DNA of 63,124 nucleotides, the filler included, from Octopus bimaculoides (taxonomy: Eukaryota): the NCBI RefSeq assembly GCF_001194135.2. It is 5 parts of 4 records of this genome, joined end to end, with 100 filler letters (N's around TTAATTAATTAA, not from the genome) between each part and the next. Parts side by side here need not be neighbours in the genome. Positions count along the whole stretch, not along the records: positions 7,466 to 36,927 come from NC_068986.1; positions 37,028 to 53,116 come from NC_068986.1; 3 more parts are not named here. One strand, 5' to 3'. Below the pieces are notes generated by a model, which did not search any database, was not told the origin of the DNA, and saw only the letters and a list, made by a program, of their open reading frames with translations. Shown here piece after piece: positions 24,984 through 37,559 of this stretch (within the stretch, counting starts at the first letter, position 1; every line of letters begins with the position of its first letter). Both the position numbers and the translations under genes were made by a program.

Positions 24984-26123
24984 TACATGCAGACAGACAG
25001 ACATAAGCAGAGAACGCAATTTCTTAATTCATACGCTACAAATGATCACGATATCTGGAACTATGAAAATCTGCAAGATCCTAAAATTTAAAGAATGGTG
25101 AACAAAACAAGATACTTTCCTTCATAACCTCGTTACCACCTAGCCGGTAACCGGTCAAAATTAACTCTAAATGAAAAGAGAACAGACATACACACACGCG
25201 TGCGTGCACACACACGCACATACATTAAGACATACACGCACATACATTAAGACATACACGCTTTGGTATATAAACGAAAGAAAATGTACTTTAATATAAG
25301 TATTAGAATTGGTTGTGTACGTGAATGTGTTTTTGCGTGCGTGTATAATCGTGTATTTATATATGAATAACTATGTCCATTCATTCCCTTTAATAAAATA
25401 TTTGCTGCCAGCGATTTGATTTTATAAATCATTCCGTATGTGCCTGCTAAGAAAGCAAAACTTTGTTGGTGTATAAAGTAACTATCACAGCTAGAACCAT
25501 ATTTCATTCAACTCTATCCAGAAGAGTTAGTCACACTAAACTCGACAGCAGCTTTTCTTAGGATCCGACACACTGCTCTCTTCATAATGCCCATTGAATC
25601 GTTCATTCATACAAGGAACGAGACAGCAGGGTTTACTAAATAATTTGATGTCATGTAAATGACCAGAGTTAACTTTTAGATATAGTGAAAGTAAAGGAAA
25701 AAACTAGGAAGAATAGAATAAAATAAAATCAATGGGTGAATAAAATACGCTTTGCCTAAAGTCGAACACTTCACATATACTCCATTCAACTTTTTCTCTC
25801 GACTAGAAATGAATATTAAAAGAAAGGACGGAAAACGCTGTAGGTTTTGCATTTTCTTTTCATAGTGCCATTAGTATAGTGGACATGTGTATTGCAAGCC
25901 GGAGGCGAGCTATTGACGATGTACTGTGTTTTGTACAGGTCTCTAATAAACAATAATATTGTAAAGTATGGCTTCGGTCGTATAATAATAATAATGATAA
26001 TAAAAATAACAACAACACCGTACGAATCATGTAGACAGAGCACTTGCGAGAGAAATAAACTGCGCAATGAAATACATACATACATACATACATACATATG
26101 CAAATGTAGATATGCATGTGTTA

Positions 26124-26204
<81 letters not shown>

Positions 26205-27054
26205 TTTTTAAATGATTGATATGTATATATGCGTGTGTGCGTGTAAATATGTGTCTATGTGCATGTAAGAATGAATGCATGTGTATATATGCATCTCTCT
26301 GCCTATCTATTTATCCATCTGTATACTCTGTTATCTATCTCGGTACAAACTCACACACACACACATACACACACACACATATACACACACACATACACAC
26401 ACACACATACACACACACATATACACACACACACACATACACACACACACAAACACACATAAGGAAGGAGAGGGAGTTAACCAGACTGATTGATAGACAG
26501 ACCGATGGAAAAATCTATTTCGTCTTCTAAATGGATAGTCTTTAAGTAACCGATGCTAAAAATAGAATGTCCTGCATTGATTTAAGAAACGATATATGCC
26601 TTCAGACGATAAGAACATAAAGCAATAGTAATTAATTGATTTCTTACATAAGAAACGTAATCCCTCAGATTTGTTCAGCAGTGGTAATTAAAAATAGTAT
26701 TCTGTACTGATAATTAGCTAGCAACGTACTTTAATATACATGTATTTCTTTACCTGAGTAGAAGGTTCTTGCTTGAGTGTAGACTCGTATTATTTATCGG
26801 TATATAACTTAACTCATTGAGCACTTTGGAAACCCCGACAACCTCCAAAAGGAAATGGTTTGTAACTGACACAAAACATCGACCAACTCGTCACCGACTT
26901 CCAGCAATAAAGTTTGTATTAAACTCTCACTAATCCTTTTGACACAGTTCCACCTGAAGAGGCGAGTTAAATCCTCCACATTAAGAAACGATATATATAT
27001 ATATATATATATACACTGTATTTTTAGTTGAATGAATCCCCCTCACACACCAGT

Positions 27055-27352
27055 ACTTAAAACCTAGTACTATTATATCGGTCTTTTTTGCCGAACCGCT
27101 AATTTAAGGGGACGCAAACACACCAACACCGGTTATCAAGTGATGGTGTTGGTGGGAACAGAGGCATAAAGTCACGCCCCCCCCACACACACATATACGA
27201 TGCGCTTCTTTCAGTTTCTATTTATCAAATCCACTCATAAGGCTTGGTCGGCTGGAGGTTATAGTAGAAGACTCAAGGTGCCACACAGTGGAACTGTACC
27301 CGGAACCATGTGGTTGAGAAGCAAGCCTCTTACCATACAGTCACGCCTGCGC
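27055..27352 (-). mobile_element. SINE family A
   Basis: ttttgccgaaccgct...gcttctttcagtttc...gaaccatgtggttgagaagcaagc. Confidence 0.85.
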
Positions 27353-27689
27353 CTACACACACACACACACACATACATACACATGTAAAACATAAGATAT
27401 AAGCACAGTATAACCCAGTAATTTTGGTTCACTCTGCAATCACGAGGTTCCGGGTTCGATTCCGCTGCGTGGCATCGTGGGTTAAATGTCATTTTTTTTT
27501 TTAGCTTCAGTTCTACCCTTACTTTGTCAGTGAAATCGGGTAGATGCAAACTGTACAGAGGCGTGTCTGTTGGATTGTATCTGTAGTTTAAAAAGTGCAG
27601 CTTTGTCACATACTGTATCACGTTCATTCTGCTTTGAGAATAACGTTAAAGGTACATGTGTCTGTAAAATGTTCAGCCTCTTTTACGTT

Positions 27690-27795
27690 AATTCAAGAGC
27701 AAATAATTAAATACCAGTTGAGTACTGGGATCGATGCAATCGACTTACCCACTCCCCCGAAATTGCAGGCCTTGTGCCAAAATTTGAGACCAACA
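27690..27795 (+). mobile_element. SINE family D tail
   Basis: taccagttgagtactgggatcgatgcaatcgacttaccc...ccttgtgccaaaatttga. Confidence 0.8.
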
Positions 27796-28886
27796 TTTCA
27801 AATAATGACAGAGAAAATGATTCATTTGCAAAGCGCTGAACTAATTAAAAACCGAATAAACTAAAGAACCGAAATAAAACAACCCTCGGAAGGATTAGGT
27901 CCTATTGGCTGTAGCGCAGCTAGGGTGTGTGCCGCTCACGGTAGCCCTTGAATTTTCTGCCCCACTATACAGGCTTACACGATAAACCGAAAAGTGCTGT
28001 CCCCATCGCCAAAGCCCATAGCTACTGAGGATTGGAGCATTTGTATAAAAGTATAGAAACATCCAAACTTGCTATCACTGGCTTCGAGACTGGTACTTTA
28101 GTATTCAGTCATGATGACGTCTGTCACAAGAAAGAAAATTTACGTCCGATATATGATATGCACAAAGCAGCATATTCAGATTCCAGTTCGTCAAATGTGT
28201 TTTCAATGTAATAAATATATATTCTTGAAAACGTTTCATTGAGATGTTCGAAATACATTATATGTAATATAACATATCAACTGGGATTATAAAAAGGATA
28301 TCTTAACGATGAGAAAATATCGGTGTCAGGCTATCATTTATCCGATACTGGCGGCAGTAAGTGAAAGTTAAAACGGATATTGATAAAGAGGGTGGTGATG
28401 ATGGCAAGGATGTTAACGACGATGTTGATGACGAAGTCGGTGATGACGATGATAATGATGGTGGTGGTGGTGGTGGTGGTGGTGTAGCAGAAAAATATGT
28501 CAGTTGCTGTTGTAATTTAGCACGAGACCCGCCTTCGTCGAGCCAACGGTTCTGGTCATGACCGTCTCAATATTTTTTTCTTTTCTTTTTAGATAAGGTG
28601 TGCCTTAGACAATATTATCAAAAGTGTCTTTCTTTTTTCAAAGTCGGTAGCCTGTACTTAACGGAGACTTGGTTGATATTTCTACCAGACCAAAGGACGA
28701 CAAAGAAGCTCCCTCGCTAGCTAGAATAAATGCTAGTGACAAATTTACGAAGCTCAAGTAGTCTTCAGACCCTTAGCCCCAAAATCATACCCATGAGAAA
28801 TAATATCCATCCTCTCACGTCTATACCGTTAAAGATTTAATCCTTTCACTCACGTGGAACTTGCCACTTTTACCCTTATTTTATAG

Positions 28887-28958
28887 GATTTACTTGACGA
28901 TCAGATGCTCTCATCGCCGTTATCTACCGCTTCAAGTGACATTTCAAGTGGGAGATGA
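28887..28958 (+). CDS. Candidate terminal coding exon (DLLDDQMLSSPLSTASSDISSGR*)
   Basis: Strong acceptor cttttacccttattttatag; phase 0 matches the end of 19660-19744; Ser-rich like the upstream exons. Confidence 0.3.
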   Translation, partial: DLLDDQMLSSPLSTASSDISSGR

Positions 28959-29371
28959 AGTACCTGGTTTCACTTCTTTATAATCTCCTTCAACAGACGA
29001 CATCTTTCACTTCAGCCACAGAGACGAGCAAAATCAGGAGCCATAAAAATATTTATTGAATCACAAATCCGATTGATTTCTCTCAGTATATCTTTTACTC
29101 TTCTTATCTGTTTCACTCCTCTCCTTTTGATGCGCGCACGCAAGCACATATACGAACAAACATGTACGCAAATACACTATATGATCTTAGCTCATATAGG
29201 CTGTCATCGATTGTCTGCATTTCACCTCTAGTTAGTTGCCTCTTAGGACGGTCCCATTCCTAGTAGAAGCTCGAGATTATTTATTCTTACATACACTGTG
29301 ACCAGCGATGTACAACAAAGTCCAATAGACTGGTCAATACAGCGATATATATGTGTGTGTGTATATATATT

Positions 29372-29415
<44 letters not shown>

Positions 29416-30027
29416 TATATATNNNNNNNNNNNNNNNNNNNNNNNNNNNNNNNNNNNNNNNNNNNNNNNNNNNNNNNNNNNNNNNNNNNNNNNNNNNNNN
29501 NNNNNNNNNNNNNNNNNNNNNNNNNNNNNNNNNNNNNNNNNNNNNNNNNNNNNNNNNNNNNNNNNNNNNNNNNNNNNNNNNNNNNNNNNNNNNNNNNNNN
29601 NNNNNNNNNNNNNNNNNNNNNNNNNNNNNNNNNNNNNNNNNNNNNNNNNNNNNNNNNNNNNNNNNNNNNNNNNNNNNNNNNNNNNNNNNNNNNNNNNNNN
29701 NNNNNNNNNNNNNNNNNNNNNNNTATATATATATATATATATCATAAAAGGGTAAAATCAACATTAATTTTACCAGGTGGTCAGTGCGGAAATAAAAACC
29801 TCATACGTAAATTTTACAAAATATTTTATAATTATATTCATAATTATAACAAGGGATCGGCTTTACGCCTCACCATGCACTGCAAGAAATAGACATTTAA
29901 GCCTCTATTACTACCTTAAAATCTCCGAGAATAACACACTATATTGTAGGCGAACAAAAGAAAAATAATGAATCAACAAGGTTCGGTTAACTGCGTAAAA
30001 GATCCTGTTTCAAGCTTAAAGTAAAAA

Positions 30028-30446
30028 AGGCGTAGCTGTGTGGTAAGAAGCTTCCAACCACATGGTTCCGGGTTCAGTCTCACTGCGTAGTACTTTGGGC
30101 AAGTGTCTTCTATTATAGCCTCAGGCCGACCACAACCTTATGAGTGGATTTGGTAGAAGGAAACATATATATATGTATGTATACGTGCGTGTGTGTGTGT
30201 CTGTGTCTGTGTGTTTCTCCCCAACCCGCCATTGTTTGACAACCGATGTTGGTGTGTCTACGTCCCCATAACTTAGCGGTTCAGCAAGAGACCGAGAGAC
30301 AAGGTACAAGGTACAAGGTACAAGGCTTACAAGGTACAAGGTACAAGGTACAAGGCTTACAAAGACTAAGTCATGAGGTCGATTTGTTGAGCTAAAGGCG
30401 GTGCTCCAGAATGGCCGCAGCTAAATGACTGAAAGAAGCAAAAGAA
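30028..30446 (+). mobile_element. SINE family A, full length, with internal ACAAGGT tandem expansion
   Basis: ggcgtagctgtgtggtaagaagc head, ttgggcaagtgtctt CORE-like motif, aaatgactgaaag tail. Confidence 0.9.
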
Positions 30447-30461
30447 TATATATTTCTGCAA

Positions 30462-30575
30462 CTTTTCAGATACTGACAGGATGTTCTGTAATACTTCGAG
30501 TGACTTCTGGTCGAGGGCTTTGTACAGCTCTACAGGAATGCCATCCTTGTCGGGTACTTTATCAAAGCTTACCTT
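30462..30575 (-). mobile_element. LINE (RTE-like) ORF2 fragment
   Basis: FDKVPDKDGIPVELYKALDQKSLEVLQNIL resembles the KAPGxDGIPxELYK motif before RT domain 1. Confidence 0.55.
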
Positions 30576-30599
30576 CCTTATGGCAGAGAAAAATATGAG

Positions 30600-31500
30600 G
30601 GCTGTCCCTCATATAAAAGTGAATATAATTTCTTATTAACTGATATAGCTCGTTCGATATAGGATACACATTGTCATGGTAAATGTAAACTATTTTCAGT
30701 TTCTCGTTCGGTCTCGTCTTCCCAATGGCTTCGCCAAGTTTTTTGAGTGTCTCAATATATTGTTTGCTGGTCATGTTTTAAGCCACATTCTAGAAAATCA
30801 AAGAGAATGATGCCATTATTATCCTCAAAATAGTCGGTATGATATTTTGTGCGATTGCAGACTCTTGGACTTATTAAACCTTGGAGATGTGACACCATTC
30901 CATCAATCCGCTTCCAAATCATAAAGATACGCCCATGTTTCATCACTTGTCAGCAAATCAGGATGGCTTGAAACGATTCCAGTAGAAAAGAGCTGACTTT
31001 CACACTTTTCATCTTCAAATCGAGTGGTAGCTGACGAGAGACCCAACTTATACACACTTCCTAATATTCAAAGTCTCCCACAATCTTCTGCATTGCATTG
31101 TGACCACAGTTCAATTGTACAAGTTCATGGATCCACTAATCTGAACGCATTAATCATTTAATCTACTCTGATGATTCATGTCAGTGGTCGCAGCTGATAA
31201 TCCACCACTGCATAGTTTGTCTTCAATGCTGGTTTCCCCGTCTTCAAATTTCATCCATCTGTTCAAACTGCTTTTGTCAGTGGTGTCATATTCAGAAACA
31301 ACCTATAACCCTCTGTGGATGTCGGACAGCGTGCATCCCTCCTTTGTTAAGAACTCAATGACGACACAACGCTTCGGCTTGGAATTCAGTATTTGCTTGT
31401 TATGAAAAAGAACAGAAAGAAGAGTTATTCTAATAACATGTGTAATTTGAATGACTGTTGTGAGTTAATAACAGGTTATGCCTATTTTTTTTATTAATTC
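30600..31500 (-). mobile_element. Decayed mariner (DD34D-type) transposase
   Basis: VIEFLTKEGCTLSDIHR...SIEDKLCSG; DNNGIILFDFLE; YIETLKKLGEAI...IYHDNVYP, with stops and frameshifts. Confidence 0.75.
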
Positions 31501-32382
31501 GGGACTACCTGGAATATCAGGCATCATCTTGCTGTTGTTTAACATCAATCTAGCCATGGTCGAGAACATCTATGATTAATGATGTCCTATCAATGATTGT
31601 CCTATTTTTGCTCTTTTTTCAGAACCCCGTAGACCCCTCTTTAAGACCGTTAGGCGTGATTAAAGGTAGATTTGATTGCCATTTTTAGCAAAGCTGTGTG
31701 ACCACGTAGAAGCTTTCTCGTTCACTTGTCTAGGTTTATTGTGTCTTTAAATTGGTAAATTGACGTTTCGTATATATTCGAGCAGCTACAGAACTATTAA
31801 ATTTAAATTTAAATTTTCAAGCGTATTTGTCTAAAGTGTGATACAAGAGCATGTACTCTCTCTTTTTTCTATCACCCCGCTCTTTCGCAACCTCCCCTTC
31901 TCTTTTTCTGTTTCTCATTTTCATTCATTTCTCTTTCCTTTTATCTGTTTTCTATTTTTGTCAAAGTTTAAATGCATCGTCTCCATCGTTTATTTATTAA
32001 ATTACGTCGTTATAAACAAATAAACAGAAGAACATTTTTTTTCAATTAATATAGTTGAAATATGCTATTTTTTATTAGAAACATTGGAATGTTCTATTTA
32101 GGCGATTGTTTAAAAGTCGTCAGAGTGAAAGAGAAGGAAAGAGAAAGAGAGAGAGAGGGAGAGAGAGAATTATTGTTATTGAGTTTTAGTAGACAGGAAC
32201 CAGAAAGAAAGGAACAAAAAAGATATTGGCTTCTAATGTGTAAGTGTAATCAGTGCACGCGCGCACACACACATACACACACGCACACAATCATTGTACA
32301 TGTTTCTATGTGTGTATGTATGTATACGTACCCGTCTGTATATGTGTGCGTATATATCTACATATATGCGTGTGTGTGTGTG

Positions 32383-32414
<32 letters not shown>

Positions 32415-32541
32415 CATATATATACATTTATATATATGCATATGCATATGTATATATATATATATATATATATACATGTAAATATATATACATATATATN
32501 NNNNNNNNNNNNNNNNNNNNNNNNNNNNNNNNNNNNNNNNN

Positions 32542-32639
<98 letters not shown>

Positions 32640-33344
32640 AATATATATATAAATGTATATATACACACACACACATTTGTATGCATGTATGTATGTATGT
32701 ATGTATGTTTGTACGTATGTAGTATGATCTGTGTATCATACTTGAATTATATACATTGTTGAAAACCTGATATACTGCGGTATTCATTTCGAGACAGCAT
32801 CTCTTATAGACGTGGAAGCTGCCGGAATATAGACAAGTGGACAGGAAAATCGAACAAAGACAATTGGAAGGTACTGATTCTATAGGCTCAGACATCTTAG
32901 ACTGCGTTTAAAGAAAGACAACTTGATTAATTGACATAAATTTATCCAATAAGAACACCACTTCTAACTTCTGGTTCGTAGACATTTTGTCTCCTCTCTT
33001 CAGCTGTATTACCGGTTCTATAGTGGTTTCTATACTTCCGAGTTAGCTGGCCTTACACTACCGTCTATCAAATTCTCCCGGCTCTCTCGTGTCTATCCCT
33101 CTCATCAATTATGAAAAATCCATTACACTCTTTCTGTCCAAAGCGATGACTCTGTAAAATTTTCCTCTAAAATCTTCCTGTATTTCAATGATAAATACTC
33201 CGAACCTGCACGTGCGTATGCGTTCGTGTATGTTTATGCACGTGTGCGTGTATTTGTATGTTTGTGGGTGCGTGTATATGTGTGCACGCACGCATTGTCC
33301 TGTAATTTCGTGAGTCTCTGAGATATCCCTACATGCTCCATCTG

Positions 33345-34198
33345 TATGTAGTGACATTGAACTCAGTGTAATCGACTTACTTCCTCCATGAACTTGTGCC
33401 AAAATTTGAAATCATTATTATCATTATTGTTGTTTTTGTTATTGCTAAAGCGGCGAACTGGTAGAATCATAACAGTGTCGGACAAAATGATTAGCGACAT
33501 TTCTACCCGGCATTTCTTCCGAGTTCAAATTCCACCGAAGTCAGCTTCGCCTCTCATCTCTCTGGGATCGATAGAACAAAGTACCAGCCAAGTTCTGGGG
33601 TCGATGCAAATGGCTTCTCCTTCTCTTAAAAATTGCTGCGCTTGTGCCCAACTTACAAAGAATTAAAAGCGGTGAGCTGGCAGACAAAATGCTTACTGGC
33701 AGTTCTTCCGTCTTTACATCTGAGTTCGAATTCCACCGAGGTCGACTTTGCTTTTCATCCTTCCATGGTTGATAAAATAAGTACCAGTTGGGTCGATGTA
33801 ATCAACTAGGACCTTCCTACCACCTACAAGACTGCTCGCCTTGTGCCAAAATTAAAACCATAGCTATTATTATGGCAGAATCGAGGTCGACTTTGTCTTT
33901 TATCCTTTCGGGGTCGATAAATTAAGTACCAGTTACACACTGGAGTCAATGTAATCAACTATCCCCTCCCCCCAAAATTTCAAGCTTTGTGTCTATAGTA
34001 GAAAGGATTATTATGGCGGAATCGTTAGTCCGCCGGGTGAAATGCTTCGTAGCATTTCATCGTGCATCTGTACGTTCTGAGTTCAAATGCCGCCGAGGTC
34101 TACTTTGCCTTTCATCCTCTCGAGGTCGAAGAAATAAGTATCAGTTACGCACTGGGATCCCCAAATTTCAGGCCTTGTGCCTTTAGTCGAAAGGATTA
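33345..34198 (+). mobile_element. Head-to-tail cluster of four SINE family D copies plus a tail fragment
   Basis: Units start ~33448, 33666, 33872 and 34012 and share g.cgactttg..tttcatcc and ttgtgc.aa motifs. Confidence 0.85.
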
Positions 34199-34484
34199 TG
34201 TGGAGCTGATGTTTGCTAATTTGAGAATCACTGGTTTAATGTATAAGCTACCACTCAGTTGCAGTTGGTAGCCATGGATTAATTATTCATTTTACACTTA
34301 ACGAGAGCACCTCAGCATTTGATATTTATCGTTGTTCAAATTTGGTCTCTTTTTCATTTTCAGAGAAAGCAGCTTAGTGGCATGTCCAGATTTTTGTCTT
34401 TATCGAGTAATCATCTTTTACTTATTTCAGTCATAAAATGATTCTTAGTCGGATTAAGCGAACCCAATACCATTTTTTTTCTTT

Positions 34485-34609
34485 GTAAACCTAGTACTTA
34501 TTCTATTGTTCACTTTGCCGAACCGCAGGATTTCCGGGTGTAAACACACCAACACTAGCTGTCAAACAGTACTGGGATACAAACACAGACACAAAGACAC
34601 ACACATACA

Positions 34610-34696
<87 letters not shown>

Positions 34697-34856
34697 CAGG
34701 CTTCTTTCAGTTTCCGTCTGCCAAATCCACTCACAAGACTTTGGTCGTTCCGAGGTTATAGTAGAAGACAGCTTCTCAAGGTGTCACGCAGTGGGACTGA
34801 ACTCGGAACCATGTGCTTGGGAAGGAAGCTTCTTACTACACAGCCACGCCTGCACC
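34485..34856 (-). mobile_element. SINE family A, full length with internal (GA)n
   Basis: ttgccgaaccgc tail; gcagtgggactgaactcggaaccatg...cacagccacgcc head. Confidence 0.9.
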
Positions 34857-35731
34857 TATGGTATGGTAAGTTTTTGTTTTTTTTTTCATTTTATTCAATT
34901 ATCTTTTTATTTCTTTCGTTTTATTTCGGCCATTCTCGATCATTCTTAATTGCTGCAGAGTGACAACTACAGCAGGACAAGTACATCAGCACATTCAATG
35001 TTTATAAATTAAGGCCTTTTACTTTTATTGTGTGTTTGTCAGCCATATTGACCGACAGCCCGATAGCATTACCTCTGTAGATTTTCTTTTGATTCTCGCT
35101 GTAAACACTGTACCCCATTCAGTATCCGACTATAAAATAGGATAAAGACTGGGTTTTTAATGTTTTTTCACTTCCCATTTGATTATATCTGATTGCAAGC
35201 AACAGTCACGCACGTGCTTTAATGGTAACAGTAACGCATAGTCGGGTTGTTAGTAATGTTGTTGTTGTTACAGCTGCTACTGCTGTGATTCGTGCTTTTA
35301 CTGTTTCTGTACTAAGGGTGATACCAGCTGGGACGTTGTTGGTGTACCGTTGTTTATATATTTTCTTGATCACTAGAATATGAGAGAACTAGTGATGATT
35401 TATACAATTGTCCGAACTTGCTTCTGTTATTTAGGAAATACTCCCCCCGCCACAACCTACTTCTTATCTATAAAAACTCCTCGCTGCCATAGTTACTTAG
35501 AGCTGAAATGTGTGTAGCTGAGACTATTATGTGTAGCTGATCGATCTACCTGTCTTAGCCTTTTGGATAGAACAAGTATAGACCCTGTTAGTTCCAAAAT
35601 GGTCACTACATATTTCTTAATTAACTCAAATTCTCATAAAAATTTGCTATTCTTATAACCAGCGTCATCGTCAACGGTGATACTTGACGACTAATTTAAA
35701 TACAAGGGCAAAATTAGAAAACAATAATATA

Positions 35732-36003
35732 TGAAAGAAGCCCGTCGCATATATGTATATATATATGTATGTGTGTGTATATGTTTGTGTGTCTGTGTTT
35801 GTCCCCCTAACATCGGTTGACAACAGATGCTGGTGTGTTTACGTCCCCGTAACTTAGCGGTTCAGCTAAAGAGACCGATAGAATAAGTACTAGGCTTACA
35901 AAGAATAAGTCCTGGGGTCGATTAGCTCGACTAAAAGGCGGTGCTCCAGCATGACCACAGTCAAATGACTGAAACAAGTAAAAGAGTAAAAGAGTAAAAA
36001 GAG
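35732..36003 (+). mobile_element. SINE family A 3' half
   Basis: gaaagaagcccgtcg...tttacgtccccgtaacttagcggttc...aaatgactgaaacaagtaaaagagtaaaagag. Confidence 0.9.
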
Positions 36004-36171
36004 TATATATATATATATATTCTTTTATACGTTACAACCCTAAGGTAGTAGTCATGCTGGAGCCCCGCCAGTGTAATCACCTTTTCAATGACCAATTTTA
36101 TGTGATTAGTTTTTGGTAAAGGAGAGCGTTCGACACATACACACATGTATGTATGTATGTATGTATGTATG

Positions 36172-36927
36172 TACAGGGTGCGACGGGTAAATGGTCGCCA
36201 TTTTAGATATTTAATTTCGCACATGCGTATTGTTTTTGATTTTGTCGACTATATAGTATAGGAGGGTCAGTTGGGCACCGTCTGCGAGAAAAACAACACC
36301 ATGACGCAATTCACTCTATCAGAAATTTGGAAATGACATGTACTGCATGGCACTCGCGCCGGAATCTCCAATACGAAATTTCAGAGTGTTTCGGTGTCTA
36401 TCAGAGGACAGTGCAGTCTGAGGACATGAACAAAGAGTGATAAAAATCAAACATCCAGCCAACATCATGGTGCTTGGAGTGATCACTAGTGATGGCGACG
36501 TTATGCCTCCATTCATTTTCTCACACGGAGGACTGCATCAGATGCCGGTAGGAGGTACTGCTGCTCTGGGTCAAGAGGCTGGCTGTTGGAAGACTTTATG
36601 TTTGGCAACAGGAATCTGCACCATGCCACACAAGCAGGAGAACCCAGTCATGGCTGTCAGACAATTTTTGTGATCACATCACCCCGAACATCTGACCACC
36701 TAACTCCCCAGACTGCAACCCTCTTGATTATTATCGGCGAGGAACAATTGAGCGAGAGACTAACAGACTAACAGAACTTCATGTAACACAAAAGATGAAC
36801 TGAAGACAAGAAAACCAACTTAAACAAGGAGACCGTCTAAAAGAGTTGCAGGAGATTCCGAAGTCGTCTGGAGGCCGTGGCTGAAGTCAATGGTGATTTT
36901 ATTTAATAAAGTCATTCTTTAGTATTT
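36172..36927 (+). mobile_element. maT (DD37D) Tc1/mariner element, internally deleted
   Basis: TA+cagggtg end; KHPANIMVLGVITSDGDVMPPFIF; QQESAPCHTSRRTQSWLSDNFCDHITPNI*PPNSPDCNPLDY with 37 residues between the second and third catalytic positions. Confidence 0.85.
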
Positions 36928-37065
36928 NNNNNNNNNNNNNNNNNNNNNNNNNNNNNNNNNNNNNNNNNNNNTTAATTAATTAANNNNNNNNNNNNNNNNN
37001 NNNNNNNNNNNNNNNNNNNNNNNNNNNTTTGTAATCCTGGTGTTTTTGTTATGTATTTGTCTGAA

Positions 37066-37103
<38 letters not shown>

Positions 37104-37287
37104 GTATATATATATATATATATATATATACATACATAAATACATAGCATACATGCATACGTTTTACTCGTATATATATGTATGTATGTATGCATGTATG
37201 TATTATGTATGTATGTGTGTGTGTGAGTGTGTGTGTGTGTTTGTGTATGTGTGTATGCAGCGTGTATCAGTTTTCTGAGGTCATTTG

Positions 37288-37486
37288 TACGAGAGCGTGC
37301 TGATAAGTTCCTGGCATTAAAGTTATCGTTAAGGGCCTGTTTGGTGTCCTTCCGAGTTCTTTTACAGGGTTTAGGAAAACTGAAGGATCGCTGCAAGAAC
37401 TGTGTGAATCCGAGAGGAGAGTAAGTTGAATTATATCATATACTATCTTTTATTTAAAGCCAGGAATCTTTCAGCACCCGCTAGTA
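37288..37486 (+). mobile_element. ~200-bp non-autonomous mariner derivative
   Basis: Inverted ends tacgagagcgtgctgataagttcctggc / gccaggaatctttcagcacccgctagta; internal GLGKLKDRCKNCVNPRGE*VE resembles the mariner C-terminus. Confidence 0.75.
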
Positions 37487-37559
37487 TGAATTTAGAAAAA
37501 AAAATGTATACCTCATCACAGAAAAGCGGCATTTGAAAATGAATTGATACAAATAAATT

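Noticed and set aside
33448-34198. Regularly repeated units resembling a CRISPR-type array
   Set aside because: Units are ~200-bp SINE copies also dispersed elsewhere; no repeat-spacer structure.
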